A DNA stretch of 64,000 nt from Candidatus Bathyarchaeota archaeon (GCA_963772455.1 CAVYXJ010000007.1:192001-256000); one strand, 5' to 3'. Positions 1 to 11,103 are shown, counted from the stretch's first letter. Numbers and translations: made by a program. Notes: a model not told the origin generated them from the letters alone.

Positions 1-351
1 TTTCGCAGTTTACATTCAATATGCAAATCAGATGTCGGAATGATCATGGATATTCCGGATGAACCGCTCTTTAAAACGGCGTCGATGTCGCCCTTTGTTC
101 CTCTGGCCGCACTGTACACTTTAGCCCGCAAACCCTGCTTTGCGATGAGTTTGACGGATTCCATTTCGCCGTCAGAAACAGCCGCGAACCCAGCTTCGAT
201 AACATCCACGCCCAATTCGTCTAGCCTCTGGGCTATGCGCAGTTTATTTTCAGGAACAAGAGATACTCCGGGTGTTTGTTCACCATCACGCAGGGTGGTG
301 TCTAAAAATCTTACAGACTTAGGGAAGCGGTTGAATAAAGCAATACCCCAT
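1..351 (-). CDS. LeuA/CimA-family synthase (probably citramalate synthase), N-terminal part, runs off the window
   Basis: Manual translation: ...[26 protein letters not shown]...LDELGVDVIEAGF. The ATG at 351 is one base out of frame in a GGGG run (likely indel). A second paralogue lies in the leu operon, so CimA is inferred for this copy. Confidence 0.8.
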
Positions 352-420
352 TTAAATCACATTCATTTTCAAGGGGGCAAGCGCAAATATAAGAATTATG
401 GTATTGGGATACATTGCTAA

Positions 421-1083
421 CTATTGCATCTGGTTAGTGGAAGCTTCTTTTTCAATGAAGCTAAAACTTCCATCCTTCGGATAGTACACAATGTTGAGAC
501 AAATCTGTATTTCCCGACACTGCTTGTATTTACCTTTATACGCTTCAATTTCGTCATCAATTTCCTGTTCGAATTTGGTCCATTCCTCTGCAGACCTTTT
601 GTCTTTCAGCTTTAATTCGGCTATTATTGCGTCCTTGGAATGTGTACCTATCATTTTGCGACGGAGTGTGCCACCAGCCATCTTACGGTAACTATAACCC
701 TCATGGAGATAGGGGGCATCTGCAAAACCCATAGGTCTGAGAGCTTCTGCGACTGCACTTGGAAGTACCTCCCAGTCGGGATAAGGTAGAAATTCATATG
801 GCTCGGGTTTGTCGTTTTTGTTTTTAGGTTTGGGGGTTCTCCAAATCCAAGGCTTATGGTTAGGAAGCCCAGAAGTGCCTGATTCTTCGCTTTCTGGTTC
901 CGCAGAGGATTTTATCATTCCCTGCTGTGGCTCATAGACATCGCCCTTTCGAAGAAGAAAACGCAGAGCACCCTGATCCGGGACTTTAACAGATTCAAAC
1001 ATGCCTTCACCGCTTGCTTTCTGCTCTCTCTGAATCCAGCTCAGTGTTTCTTTTGCCCGTTCAGAGATTGATTTTTCTGACAT
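421..1083 (-). CDS. Hypothetical protein, 220 aa, with an N-terminal motif resembling the archaeal MCM C-terminal winged helix
   Basis: Long ORF with GGGTG SD; LLRKGDVYEPQQGMIKS motif; charged helical C-terminus. Confidence 0.6.
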   Translation of the reverse strand: MSEKSISERAKETLSWIQREQKASGEGMFESVKVPDQGALRFLLRKGDVYEPQQGMIKSSAEPESEESGTSGLPNHKPWIWRTPKPKNKNDKPEPYEFLPYPDWEVLPSAVAEALRPMGFADAPYLHEGYSYRKMAGGTLRRKMIGTHSKDAIIAELKLKDKRSAEEWTKFEQEIDDEIEAYKGKYKQCREIQICLNIVYYPKDGSFSFIEKEASTNQMQ

Positions 1084-1098
1084 AATCTGCCACCCTGC

Positions 1099-1236
1099 TT
1101 ACCGTCTCAATCGAGGATTTATTATTGCCGCAATAATAATGCCTGCGATTGGCCTATTCCATTTTGCTGTGCATTCTTTCTGTCGCTGTTCATGAGCATT
1201 ACGCTTTTTTGGGTAGCTCACCAATGCATCAAGCAT
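1099..1236 (-). CDS. Small Ile-rich ORF (45 aa), possible leader or small membrane peptide
   Basis: MLDALVSYPKKRNAHEQRQKECTAKWNRPIAGIIIAAIINPRLRR; stops 15 nt before the ATG at 1083. Confidence 0.35.
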   Translation of the reverse strand: MLDALVSYPKKRNAHEQRQKECTAKWNRPIAGIIIAAIINPRLRR

Positions 1237-1432
1237 CTACCGTTGAAACAATAAAAGAGGTCGATACCTAAGGTGGGTAGACTTTATTTTCGTTTTCAGT
1301 GCTCATTAGCATATTGAACCCAGACTTAATACAAAAACACCGTTACCAAACAAGCTGCTTTTGGAGGCAGCCGCAAAAAATTTAACAGCAACACGTGCAA
1401 TAGTCTCCGAGTGTTCATTGAGGTATTTGATT

Positions 1433-3061
1433 ATGCGAAGCGACGAAATAAGAAAAGGGATTGAAAAAGCGCCTCATCGCGCTCTACTAAAATCACTCGG
1501 TTTACAGGACGATGACATTGCAAAGCCGCTAATCGGCGTAGCAAACAGCTATACAAACATCGTTCCAGGGCACATTCATCTTCGAACAATTGGAGAAGCA
1601 GTTAAAGAAGGCATCCTTTCGGCAGGCGGTACACCGTTTGAATTCAGCACAATAGCGGTTTGCGACGGCATCGCAATGGGACATGAAGGTATGCGGTATT
1701 CCCTGCCTTCACGGGAAATAGTTGCTGATTCCGTGGAGATTATGCTTCAAGCCCACAGCTTAGATGGGTTGGTTATGATTTCGAATTGTGACAAGATCAC
1801 TCCTGGCATGCTTATGGCAGCTGCACGAGTGGATATCCCAGCTATAATGGTTACAGGCGGACCTATGGCGGCAGGACGACACCATGGCAAAAAAATAAGC
1901 TATTCTTCAATGCCGGAAGCGCTCGGGCAAGTTGCTGCAGGGAAAATGACTGAAGGCGAACTGTGTGAACTGGAAGAAAACGCTTGCCCAGGATGCGGCT
2001 CTTGTAGCGGAATGTTCACCGCCAATACTATGGCATGCATGACTGAAGCTTTGGGCATGTCACTGCCTTACTGCGCAACATCGCTTGCGAACAGCGCATT
2101 TAAACTTCGATTAGCAAGAGCCACTGGCAAACAAATCATCAAACTAATCAAAGATGGCCTAAAACCTTCACAAATTCTCACTAAGGAAGCCTTCGAAAAC
2201 GCCATTGCACTCGACATGGCTCTTGGCGGCTCAACCAACACCACACTTCATCTGCCAGCAATCGCCAAAGAAGCAGGCCTAACCTTACCCCTGTCAACTT
2301 TCGATGTAATCGGCAGAAAAGTTCCCCACTTATGCAGTATGATTCCAAGCGGGTCTTATGCACTTGAGGATCTGGATGCAGCTGGAGGAGTTCCTGCTGT
2401 CATGAATGAACTCAAAAGCCTGCTCCACCTAACGCTGCCCACAGTTTCGGGTAAAACGGTTGGCGAGAACATCAAAGATGCAGTGGTCTTAGATAGAGAA
2501 GTCATTCACAGTTTAACAAACCCTGTCCACAAAGAAGGCGGCATCGCCATCTTAACAGGTAACCTTGCGCCGAAAGGCTCAGTCATTAAAACCGCAGGCG
2601 TCTCACCAAAAATGCAAAAGCACACTGGTCCAGCAAAAGTCTACGACTCAGAAAAAGAAGCACTTACAGCCATTCGCGGCAACGAAATCAAGCCTGGCGA
2701 CGTGGTCGTCATACGATATGAAGGACCAAGAGGCGGACCCGGAATGCCTGAAATGCTATTCCCAACCGCAACTATTGCGGGCATGGGTCTTAGTGAAAGT
2801 GTTGCCTTAATCACCGATGGTCGCTTCTCAGGCGCTACACACGGAGGAAGTATTGGACATGTTGCTCCAGAAGCATTCGAAGGCGGACCCATCGCAGCAC
2901 TGAAAAACGGTGATATAATAACAATCGACATCCCCAACCGCACCTTAAAAGTAGAATTATCCGACAAAGAACTCAAAACACGTTTAGCTGCTTGGAAACC
3001 AAGAGAACCCAAAATAAAAAAGGGCATACTATCACGCTATAAGCCAACGCCAACAGAATAA
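1433..3061 (+). CDS. ilvD: Dihydroxy-acid dehydratase
   Basis: [27 protein letters not shown] motifs. ATG 1433 follows a GAGGT SD, so it is preferred over the TTG at 1361. Confidence 0.97.
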   Translation: MRSDEIRKGIEKAPHRALLKSLGLQDDDIAKPLIGVANSYTNIVPGHIHLRTIGEAVKEGILSAGGTPFEFSTIAVCDGIAMGHEGMRYSLPSREIVADSVEIMLQAHSLDGLVMISNCDKITPGMLMAAARVDIPAIMVTGGPMAAGRHHGKKISYSSMPEALGQVAAGKMTEGELCELEENACPGCGSCSGMFTANTMACMTEALGMSLPYCATSLANSAFKLRLARATGKQIIKLIKDGLKPSQILTKEAFENAIALDMALGGSTNTTLHLPAIAKEAGLTLPLSTFDVIGRKVPHLCSMIPSGSYALEDLDAAGGVPAVMNELKSLLHLTLPTVSGKTVGENIKDAVVLDREVIHSLTNPVHKEGGIAILTGNLAPKGSVIKTAGVSPKMQKHTGPAKVYDSEKEALTAIRGNEIKPGDVVVIRYEGPRGGPGMPEMLFPTATIAGMGLSESVALITDGRFSGATHGGSIGHVAPEAFEGGPIAALKNGDIITIDIPNRTLKVELSDKELKTRLAAWKPREPKIKKGILSRYKPTPTE

Positions 3062-3218
3062 AAATATAACCGTAAAGAGGAAAGAAGGAGGTTAGATACT
3101 TTGATACTGGTTCCTACCATTAACGTCCACTCCTCATACCCATGCCAGCTTGACTTTGTTTAATATGATTTCTTCTTTTGGGTAAATATTTTGTTTTTCA
3201 ACACTTGGTAAATCATTA

Positions 3219-3256
3219 GAAGTAGTCGTCTTTGGAATTTGCAGGACGACTACTTC
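3219..3256. repeat. Perfect 12-bp inverted repeat with 14-nt loop
   Basis: GAAGTAGTCGTC (3219-3230) and GACGACTACTTC (3245-3256). Confidence 0.9.
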
Positions 3257-3364
3257 AAGTTAAGACAACTAATTGGCTCCAAACACCAAATAATTTTAAG
3301 AACATTAACCGGTATAATCTCCAAATTGTTTTACTCTCAACTGTAAATGGATTAACTATACACC

Positions 3365-3380
3365 GTAAACTTTTTATTTG
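3365..3380 (+). promoter_or_regulatory. Putative BRE/TATA promoter of the ilvB operon leader
   Basis: GTAAAC followed by TTTTTATTT, about 200 nt upstream of ilvB. Confidence 0.45.
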
Positions 3381-3425
3381 CACTGTTGATTCTTTTTAAA
3401 GAACGGAGTTAAAAGAGGCAAGAAT

Positions 3426-3476
3426 ATGAGGGATCGTCACCTCCATAGCCGGGATCGTCGGGTACAACTTTTCTAA
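3426..3476 (+). CDS. Upstream mini-ORF in the ilvB 5' leader (16 aa as sequenced)
   Basis: GAGG SD, then ATG...TAA: MRDRHLHSRDRRVQLF. Confidence 0.4.
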   Translation: MRDRHLHSRDRRVQLF

Positions 3477-3572
3477 TTCACCCAGGTTAACCTCTCAACA
3501 AACTACCGAAAAAATCTCGCAAGCAACTTTTCGAGACGACAGTATATTTAATTCAACATACAGGAGACAGAA

Positions 3573-5287
3573 TTGAAAATGGCAAAAATGACTGGTGCAC
3601 GAGCACTCTTAGAATCCCTTGAACATCAAAAAGTTGAAGTTATATTCGGCATCTTAGGCGGCGCCATCCTCCCGGTATACGATGAGTTATGCAGTAACAA
3701 GAAAATCCGCCACATACTCGCAAGACATGAGCAGTGTGCAGCCCACGAAGCCGAAGGCTATGCACGAGCAAGCGGAAGAGCAGGCGTTTGCATGGCAACC
3801 AGCGGTCCAGGAGCAACTAACTTAGTTACTGGAATTGCTAACGCCTACATGGACTCCTCACCAATGATTGCGTTAACTGGTCAAATTCCAGCTTCAGGGG
3901 TTAACACCAGTTACATGATTGGCAAAGATGCCTTTCAAGAAGCAGACATCATCGGCATCACCACCGCGATCACAAAATACAGTTATCAACCTCGAACAGT
4001 CGCCGAAATTCCATTAACGGTTAACAACGCCTTCTACATAGCAACAACCGGAAGACCTGGACCAGTTTTGATTGATTTACCCAAGAACGTTCAAGCAGGA
4101 ATCGAGGATGTCGAATTCACAAATAAAATTGATATACGCGGCTACAAACTACCATCCGAACCAAACCCAACAAAAATCAGCGAAGCCGCAGATCTCTTAG
4201 CCCAAGCAGAATGTCCAATCATTCTGGCAGGAGGCGGAGTCATTACTTCTGGTGCATCAGATGAATTGGTCCAAATGTCAGACTTACTGATGGCCCCAGT
4301 CGCTACAACGTTCATGGGAAAAGGAGCATTCCCAGAAAACAATCCACTATCACTTGGAAGCATCGGCATGCATGGCAACCCCGCTGCAAACAAGCTTATG
4401 GGTGAAGCAGACGTCTTGCTGGCAGTCGGTACAAGATTCTCTGACCGAGCAACTGCAAACTTGGATAGCTTTGCACCGAACGCTAAAAAAATCCATATAG
4501 ACATCGACAACGCAGAAATTAACAAGAACATCGAAATTGACATTCCAATTGTAGCAGATGCAAAAGCCTCAATGAAAATGCTCAACATCTGCCGTAACTC
4601 AAAAGCTTCAGAAGGGAGAAGGCAAAGCATGGACAAAACGAGTGAAAGAAGCCAAAGAACAACTAAGCCCACTTGCTCAAAGAAATGCCAAAAGACTTAG
4701 TGCCTAAATCACTATTAATAGAACTAAGAAAACTGTTGAAGGAAAACGACATAGTCACAACAGAAGTTGGACAAAACCAAATGTGGTCAGCCCTATACTT
4801 CAAAGCATTAAAACCACGTACATTCATCAGCTCAGGCGGCCTTGGAACCATGGGCTTTGGTTTCCCAGCAGCAATAGGAGCAAAAGTCGCATGCCCAGAC
4901 CGAGCAGTCGTGGACATAGCGGGTGATGGCAGCTTCATAATGTCCGAACAAGAACTAGCATGCTCAGTAAACGAGAACATCCCAGTTACCGTCATAGTGC
5001 TAAACAACTCAATCCTTGGTATGGTTGCGCAATGGCAAAGGATGCTCTACAAACGACGTTACATGGCAGTTCACTTAGGCAAAACACCCGACTTCGTTAA
5101 GCTGGCAGAAGCTTACGGAGCACAGGGATTGCGAGCGACCTCTATCGAGGAGTTCCACAAAGCAGTTAAGACAGCACTAACTAGTAAAGTAACAACGGTA
5201 ATCGATGTGCCTATTGGTTCAGAGACCGATGTCGTTCCCTTTGTACCTCCAGGCTGCGGTTTACCGCAACAGATAGGTGACTACTAA
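3573..5287 (+). CDS. ilvB: Acetolactate synthase large subunit (frameshifts near 4590 and 4670)
   Basis: RHEQCAAH, TSGPGATN, FQEAD in the first ORF; ThDP motif GDGSF...NN in the second; the two pieces are collinear. Confidence 0.95.
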
Positions 5288-5799
5288 TGGAAAATGGAAA
5301 AACCAAAGTAATCAGCGTCTTAGTCGAAAACAAACCTGGTGTCCTCCACACAATCGCAAACCTATTCCGCCGAAGAAACTTTAACATCGAAAGCATCACC
5401 GTCGGTCCAACCCAACAGCAAGACATATCCCGCATGACCATAACCATCAACGGAGACGAAAAAACAATCGACCAAGTCGTCAAACAAGTCGCAAAACAAA
5501 TCGACGTCCTCAAAGTAAGCGAACTCGAACAAGGAAACTTTGTCATGCGAGAACTAGCCTTGATAAAAGTAAACGTTCCAAGCGCTAAAGAACGCTCAGA
5601 CATAATCAACTGCGTAGACGTATTTCGATGCAGAATAATCGATGTTTCAACCGACAGCTTAACTGTTGAAATCACAGGAACCCCCGAAAAAATCGACGCC
5701 TTCCTAAACCTCATGAACAGCTATGGAGTCATAGAAATCGCAAGAACAGGTATAACAGCCCTAGCACGAGGCGCAAAATCAATAAGAATCGACGAATAA
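5287..5799 (+). CDS. ilvN: Acetolactate synthase small regulatory subunit
   Basis: ACT domain VENKPGVL...RRNFNIESI; ARTG near the C-terminus. Confidence 0.96.
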   Translation: MENGKTKVISVLVENKPGVLHTIANLFRRRNFNIESITVGPTQQQDISRMTITINGDEKTIDQVVKQVAKQIDVLKVSELEQGNFVMRELALIKVNVPSAKERSDIINCVDVFRCRIIDVSTDSLTVEITGTPEKIDAFLNLMNSYGVIEIARTGITALARGAKSIRIDE

Positions 5800-5898
5800 A
5801 CAGCATTGACTAAGTGGAAATACTTAATTGTCTGTTCTTTAAAATTTTTCCAATTATCTTAAGAGTATTTAGGTTAATTCAAGGATAAGCGAAAAACA

Positions 5899-7167
5899 AT
5901 GAATATTACAGAAAAAATCTTAGCAAAAGCCGCAGGAAAAAAAGCTGTGCATCCAGGAGAAATCGTTGACGCAAACGTCGACATGGTAATGGTGCACGAC
6001 TTAACTGGACCCTTAGCGGTTGAAGCATTCAAAAAAATAGGTGTTCCAAAAGTTTGGAATAACAAAAAAGTAGTGGTAATTCTGGACCATCAAGTTCCAG
6101 CAGAATCAGTTAAAGCAGCAGAACTGCACAAAACCATGAGGCAATTTGCCAAAGACCAAAACTTACAAATCTACGATGTAGGCAAAGGCGGAATATGCCA
6201 CCAAGTTATGCCTGATAAAGGACACGTAGTTCCAGGAACCATCATTGTAGGCGCTGACTCACACACATGCACTTACGGAGCTTTTGGAGCTTTTGCAACA
6301 GGCATCGGTTCAACAGAAGCAGCCGCAGTTATGGCTACAGGAAAAATCTGGCTAAAAGTCCCCGAAGCAATAAAAGTAAACGTTAAAGGCAAATTCAAAC
6401 CAAACGTAACACCCAAAGACCTGGTTTTAGCGATAACAGGCAAGCTGGGCGTAGACGGCGCAATTTACAAGAGTTTAGAATTTACTGGCCCAACCATCCA
6501 AAACATGACCGCATCAGGCCGTATGACCTTATGCAACATGGCAGTTGAGATGGGCGCAAAAAACGGCATAGTTGAACCCGACCAAACCACCCGCAAATAC
6601 TTAGAAGACAAAATCAAAAAAATGCCCGACTTAGACACCCTGAAAAGTGATGATGACGCAAAATACAGTCAAACTGTCGAATTCGACGTTTCCACCATGG
6701 AACCCCAAGTAGCTTGCCCCTCATCCGTGGATAACGTAAAACCAGTCAGCAAAGTCGGCAATGTAAAAATTGACCAAGCCTTTATCGGCTCTTGCACAAA
6801 CGGCAGACTAGAAGATCTGCAGTTAGCTGCAAAAATAATGAAGGGCAAAAAAGTCGCAGACGGCGTCCGTGCATTAGTCATTCCCGCATCTCAGGAAATC
6901 TATCAGCAAGCCGACAAAGAAGGATTACTGCAGATTTTCACCGAGGCAGGTGCAATCGTTTGCGGTTCCGCTTGTGGACCATGCTTAGGCGGACACATCG
7001 GGTTGTTAGCAGCAGGCGAAACATGCGTAAGCACTTCTAACCGCAACTTTATCGGAAGAATGGGCAGCACCCAAGCCAACGTCTACTTAGCTTCACCTGC
7101 AACAGTAGCAGCTTCAGCAATAACAGGAAAAATCACAGACCCCACAACACTGGAGACAAAAGCATGA
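5899..7167 (+). CDS. leuC: 3-isopropylmalate dehydratase large subunit
   Basis: GADSHTCT, IGSCTNGR, CGPCLGG, STSNRNF. Confidence 0.95.
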   Translation: MNITEKILAKAAGKKAVHPGEIVDANVDMVMVHDLTGPLAVEAFKKIGVPKVWNNKKVVVILDHQVPAESVKAAELHKTMRQFAKDQNLQIYDVGKGGICHQVMPDKGHVVPGTIIVGADSHTCTYGAFGAFATGIGSTEAAAVMATGKIWLKVPEAIKVNVKGKFKPNVTPKDLVLAITGKLGVDGAIYKSLEFTGPTIQNMTASGRMTLCNMAVEMGAKNGIVEPDQTTRKYLEDKIKKMPDLDTLKSDDDAKYSQTVEFDVSTMEPQVACPSSVDNVKPVSKVGNVKIDQAFIGSCTNGRLEDLQLAAKIMKGKKVADGVRALVIPASQEIYQQADKEGLLQIFTEAGAIVCGSACGPCLGGHIGLLAAGETCVSTSNRNFIGRMGSTQANVYLASPATVAASAITGKITDPTTLETKA

Positions 7168-7664
7168 ACAGCAAAATAAAAGCCCCAGCCATAACGTTCG
7201 GCAACAACATTGACACAGACGTTATTCTGCCAGGAAAATACCTAATCTTAGTTGATCCCTGCGAGTTAGCAAAGCATGCGTTAGAAAGCTTAGACACCAC
7301 ATTCCCAGACAAAGCCAAAAAAGGAATAATCATCATTGGCGGCAAAAACTTTGGTTGCGGCTCAAGCAGAGAACAAGCACCATTAGCCCTAAAGTACTCA
7401 GGTGTAAAATGCGTTATCGCCGAATCTTTTGCCAGAATCTTCTTCAGAAACTCCATAAACATAGGCTTACCAGTCCTCGAATGCAAAGGCATCTCAGACG
7501 CTGTCAAAACAGGCGACACCTTAGCTGTGGATTTTGAAGCGGGCAAGATAGAAAACACTTCCAACGGCAAAAAGTTTCAAGTAGACAAGCTTCCACCATT
7601 CATCTTAGAAATTTTAGCAGATGGCGGATTAATCGAAAACCTACGAAGGAAAATGAAAAAATGA
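7164..7664 (+). CDS. leuD: 3-isopropylmalate dehydratase small subunit
   Basis: NIDTDVILP, NFGCGSSREQA, SFARIFFRN. Confidence 0.95.
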   Translation: MNSKIKAPAITFGNNIDTDVILPGKYLILVDPCELAKHALESLDTTFPDKAKKGIIIIGGKNFGCGSSREQAPLALKYSGVKCVIAESFARIFFRNSINIGLPVLECKGISDAVKTGDTLAVDFEAGKIENTSNGKKFQVDKLPPFILEILADGGLIENLRRKMKK

Positions 7665-8698
7665 CAGAATACAAAATATCCCTCATTCCAGGAGATGGCA
7701 TCGGACCAGAATTAACCGAAGCCACCCTAAAAGTCCTAGACGCAGTTCAGAAAAAATTCGGAGTAAAACTTCAGATTATCGAAGCTGAAGCAGGCGACGT
7801 CGCACTTGAGAGAGTAGGCGCCGCATTGCCAGCAGACACAGTGGAGAAAATTAAGAATTCCCACGCTTGCCTAAAAGGTCCAGTAGGCGAATCTGCAGCC
7901 GACGTCATAGTGAAGCTCAGAGTCATGTTCGATTTATACGCTAATTTGCGTCCACTGAAAGCTTACCCAAACGTTCCAGTTGCCCGCCCAGACATCGACA
8001 TGATGTTTGTCCGCGAGAACACTGAGGACGTTTACAAAGGCTTAGAATTCACCATAGGCAACGACACCACCCTTTGCCTAAGAGTTATAACACGCAAAGC
8101 CTGCGAACGCATCGCCAAAAAAGCCTTCGACATCGCACGCCTACGCAACGGCAAAAAGAAAGTTACCGCTATCCACAAAGCAAACGTCATGCGCATAACC
8201 GACGGCTTATTCGCCAGCGTCTGCCGCGAAACCGCAAAACAGTACCCCGACATCGCATTCAACGAACTCTACGTTGATGCAGCATCCATGCGCTTAATCA
8301 AGGAACCAGAAATATTCGATGTCTTCTGCACATGTAACATGTTCGGCGACATCCTATCTGACGAAGCAGCACAGCAAATCGGCGGTTTAGGAATGGCTCC
8401 AGGCGCAAACATAGGCGACACCTTTGCTCTCTTCGAACCAATCCACGGCTCAGCACCAAACCGAAAAGGAAAACACACCGCCAACCCAATCTCCATGATA
8501 CTTTCTGCAAAAATGATGCTTGAGTGGCTGGGAGAAAAATACAACGACAAAAAATGTTTACAAGCAGGCGCAGCCATAGAGAACGGAGTAGTGTACGCGT
8601 TAACTAACCGTCAATCTGTTCCCGACTGCGGCGGCACCACAACGACGGTGGGCATGGCTGAAGCCATCGCTGCAGCCTTAACCGTGAAAACTGGTTGA
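7661..8698 (+). CDS. leuB: 3-isopropylmalate dehydrogenase
   Basis: GDGIGPE, RENTE, NMFGDILSD, EPIHGSAP; operon context. Confidence 0.92.
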   Translation: MTEYKISLIPGDGIGPELTEATLKVLDAVQKKFGVKLQIIEAEAGDVALERVGAALPADTVEKIKNSHACLKGPVGESAADVIVKLRVMFDLYANLRPLKAYPNVPVARPDIDMMFVRENTEDVYKGLEFTIGNDTTLCLRVITRKACERIAKKAFDIARLRNGKKKVTAIHKANVMRITDGLFASVCRETAKQYPDIAFNELYVDAASMRLIKEPEIFDVFCTCNMFGDILSDEAAQQIGGLGMAPGANIGDTFALFEPIHGSAPNRKGKHTANPISMILSAKMMLEWLGEKYNDKKCLQAGAAIENGVVYALTNRQSVPDCGGTTTTVGMAEAIAAALTVKTG

Positions 8699-8702
8699 AA
8701 GT

Positions 8703-10226
8703 ATGACAAATAAAACCGCAAGAAGAATCCGAATTTTTGACACAACATTAAGAGATGGGGAACAAACCCCTGGAGTTTCTTTAACTGCAGATGATAAGAT
8801 GGAGATTGCACGTCAACTAAGCAAGTTGGGCGTTGACACCATCGAAGCTGGTTTTCCAAGTTCTTCAGAGGGCGAAAAAAAAATCGTCCGAGACATTGCT
8901 AAAGCAGGCTTAACCTCAGAAGTTTGCGCACTATCCCGTGCAACTAGGGGTGACATCGATGCAGCCTTAGATTGCGAAGTTGGCTTAATCCACGTTTTCA
9001 TCCCAACCTCAGATGTCCAGATGAAGTACGCTGTCAATTTGACGCCTGAGCAAGTGCTGGCTGCAACGGTAGACTCGATTTCTTACGTAAAGAAGCATGG
9101 AGTCAAATGCGAATTCTCACCCATGGACGCTACACGCTCAGACATAACTTTCCTAAAGCAAGTCTGTAAAGCCGCACAAGACGCAGGAATGGACAGCCTA
9201 AACGTTCCAGACACCGTCGGCATAATGATTCCCAAAACAACCTTCAAACTAATTGAGGAACTAAAAACCGTAGTCAGCGTCCCAATAAGCACTCACTGCC
9301 ACGACGACTTCGGTTTAGCAGTTGCCAACAGCTTAGCCGCTGTCGAAGCAGGCGCCGACCAAGTACACGTTGCCGTCAACGGCTTAGGTGAACGTGCTGG
9401 CAACGCTTCACTCGAAGAAGTAGTTATGGCACTGCACATGATTTACAAATACAAAACAAACGTAAACTCACGCTTACTCTACAGCACCTCTCGACTGGTT
9501 GCATCATTAACAGGTATTAATGTGCAAGCAAACAAGGCAATTGTTGGCGAGAACGCGTTTGCCCATGAATCAGGTATCCACACCCGAGGAGTAACAGAAA
9601 AACCACTTACCTTCGAACCTATTAACCCAGAATTAGTAGGACGCACAAGAAAATTGGTCGCTGGCAAATTAGCGGGAACCCGAGGTATCAAGGCTGAACT
9701 TGAAGAAATCGGAATTCACCCAACTGAGGAACAACTAAAAGAAATCGTTCAGCGCGTCAAAGATTTAGGCGACAAAGGCAAAATGGTCACAGATGCCGAT
9801 CTGATAGCGTTAACTTCGGCTGTAATGGGTGAAGTAATTGGGGAAGAAAAAATAATCGACTTATGCGACATGGCTGTCGTAACAGGCATCAAAGTTATCC
9901 CAACCGCATCCGTTCGACTAACGCTTAATGGCAAAGAATACGTTGCCGCCGAAACAGGAGTTGGACCTGTAGATGCAGTTTTGAAGGCCATTCAGAAGTT
10001 AACCAGCAGCATAGAAAACATCCGCCTTAGCGAATACCGTCTTGCAGCTATAACTGGAGGTTCAAATGCAGTAGCCGAAGTTATAATAAAAGTCGAAGAT
10101 GAAAAAGGCAACATCGTCTCAGCACGGGCAGCACGAGAAGACATAGTTATGGCAAGCGTTGAAGCAATGATAAATGGTATAAACAAGCTTTTGGTTAAGA
10201 ATCATAAGCAGGGAAACAAAAAGTGA
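8703..10226 (+). CDS. leuA: 2-isopropylmalate synthase
   Basis: [28 protein letters not shown] and C-terminal regulatory domain (GVGPVDA). Confidence 0.88.
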   Translation: MTNKTARRIRIFDTTLRDGEQTPGVSLTADDKMEIARQLSKLGVDTIEAGFPSSSEGEKKIVRDIAKAGLTSEVCALSRATRGDIDAALDCEVGLIHVFIPTSDVQMKYAVNLTPEQVLAATVDSISYVKKHGVKCEFSPMDATRSDITFLKQVCKAAQDAGMDSLNVPDTVGIMIPKTTFKLIEELKTVVSVPISTHCHDDFGLAVANSLAAVEAGADQVHVAVNGLGERAGNASLEEVVMALHMIYKYKTNVNSRLLYSTSRLVASLTGINVQANKAIVGENAFAHESGIHTRGVTEKPLTFEPINPELVGRTRKLVAGKLAGTRGIKAELEEIGIHPTEEQLKEIVQRVKDLGDKGKMVTDADLIALTSAVMGEVIGEEKIIDLCDMAVVTGIKVIPTASVRLTLNGKEYVAAETGVGPVDAVLKAIQKLTSSIENIRLSEYRLAAITGGSNAVAEVIIKVEDEKGNIVSARAAREDIVMASVEAMINGINKLLVKNHKQGNKK

Positions 10227-11038
10227 CAAATGTAGCCTTCCAAGGCGAACCCGGCGCATACAGCGAGAACGCAGTGTACCAGTTCTTCGGCTCAAATGTG
10301 CAGGTGAAGCCGTGCAGAGACTTCAGAGACGTCTTTGAAAGCGTAAAATGTCAGGTTGTGGAGGCTGGTGTGGTACCAGTTGAGAATTCCCTTGAAGGCA
10401 GTGTTAACCAGAACTACGATTTGTTCTTCAGTTATGACCTCAAAGTGTGTGGCGAAGTCATTGTCAAAGTTGAGCATTGCTTTATCGTTAATCCAGGCAC
10501 AACTTTGGATTCCGTCAAAACCGTTTACTCTCACCCGCAAGCGTTAGCGCAGTGCCGCAGTTTTCTGGAGCACCTAAAATACGAGTTGGTTCCAACTTAT
10601 GACACGGCTGGAAGCGTTAAACTAATCAAAGAACAAAAACTGCTAACCGCGGCAGCCATCGCAAGCGAGAGAGCAGCCGAACTCTATGGCATGGAAATCC
10701 TTGCCCGAGACATCGCTGACAACAAAGAAAATTACACACGCTTCTTCGTACTATCTAAAGAGGATTCGCCGGTAACAGGCAAAGACAAAACCTCAATTAT
10801 CTTCTCAGCCAAACACGAACCAGGCTCACTCTACAAAGCTCTGGGAGAATTCGCCAAACGCAAAATCAACTTAACTCGAATCGAATCAAGACCAACAAAA
10901 AAAACCGCCTGGGAATACAACTTCTACCTAGACTTCGAGGGACACCGAACTGAACAGAAATGTGCCGAAACACTCAAAGCACTGGAAAAATATGCCACAT
11001 TCATCAAAATCTTAGGTTCTTACCCTAAAGCCATCTAA
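10223..11038 (+). CDS. pheA: Prephenate dehydratase
   Basis: FQGEPGAYS, PVENSLEG, SHPQALAQC, NYTRF, ACT domain with IESRP. Confidence 0.96.
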   Translation: MTNVAFQGEPGAYSENAVYQFFGSNVQVKPCRDFRDVFESVKCQVVEAGVVPVENSLEGSVNQNYDLFFSYDLKVCGEVIVKVEHCFIVNPGTTLDSVKTVYSHPQALAQCRSFLEHLKYELVPTYDTAGSVKLIKEQKLLTAAAIASERAAELYGMEILARDIADNKENYTRFFVLSKEDSPVTGKDKTSIIFSAKHEPGSLYKALGEFAKRKINLTRIESRPTKKTAWEYNFYLDFEGHRTEQKCAETLKALEKYATFIKILGSYPKAI

Positions 11039-11103
11039 ACCCTAATTTTAATTTTTTAGTCCCATCTTTTTCGCATGTTTAAATGTGCATGATTTTTTTC
11101 GTG

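Noticed and set aside
1361-1432. N-terminal extension of IlvD from the TTG at 1361
   Set aside because: Recognisable IlvD sequence begins at MRSD (1433), which has an SD and a TATA-like box within the extension.
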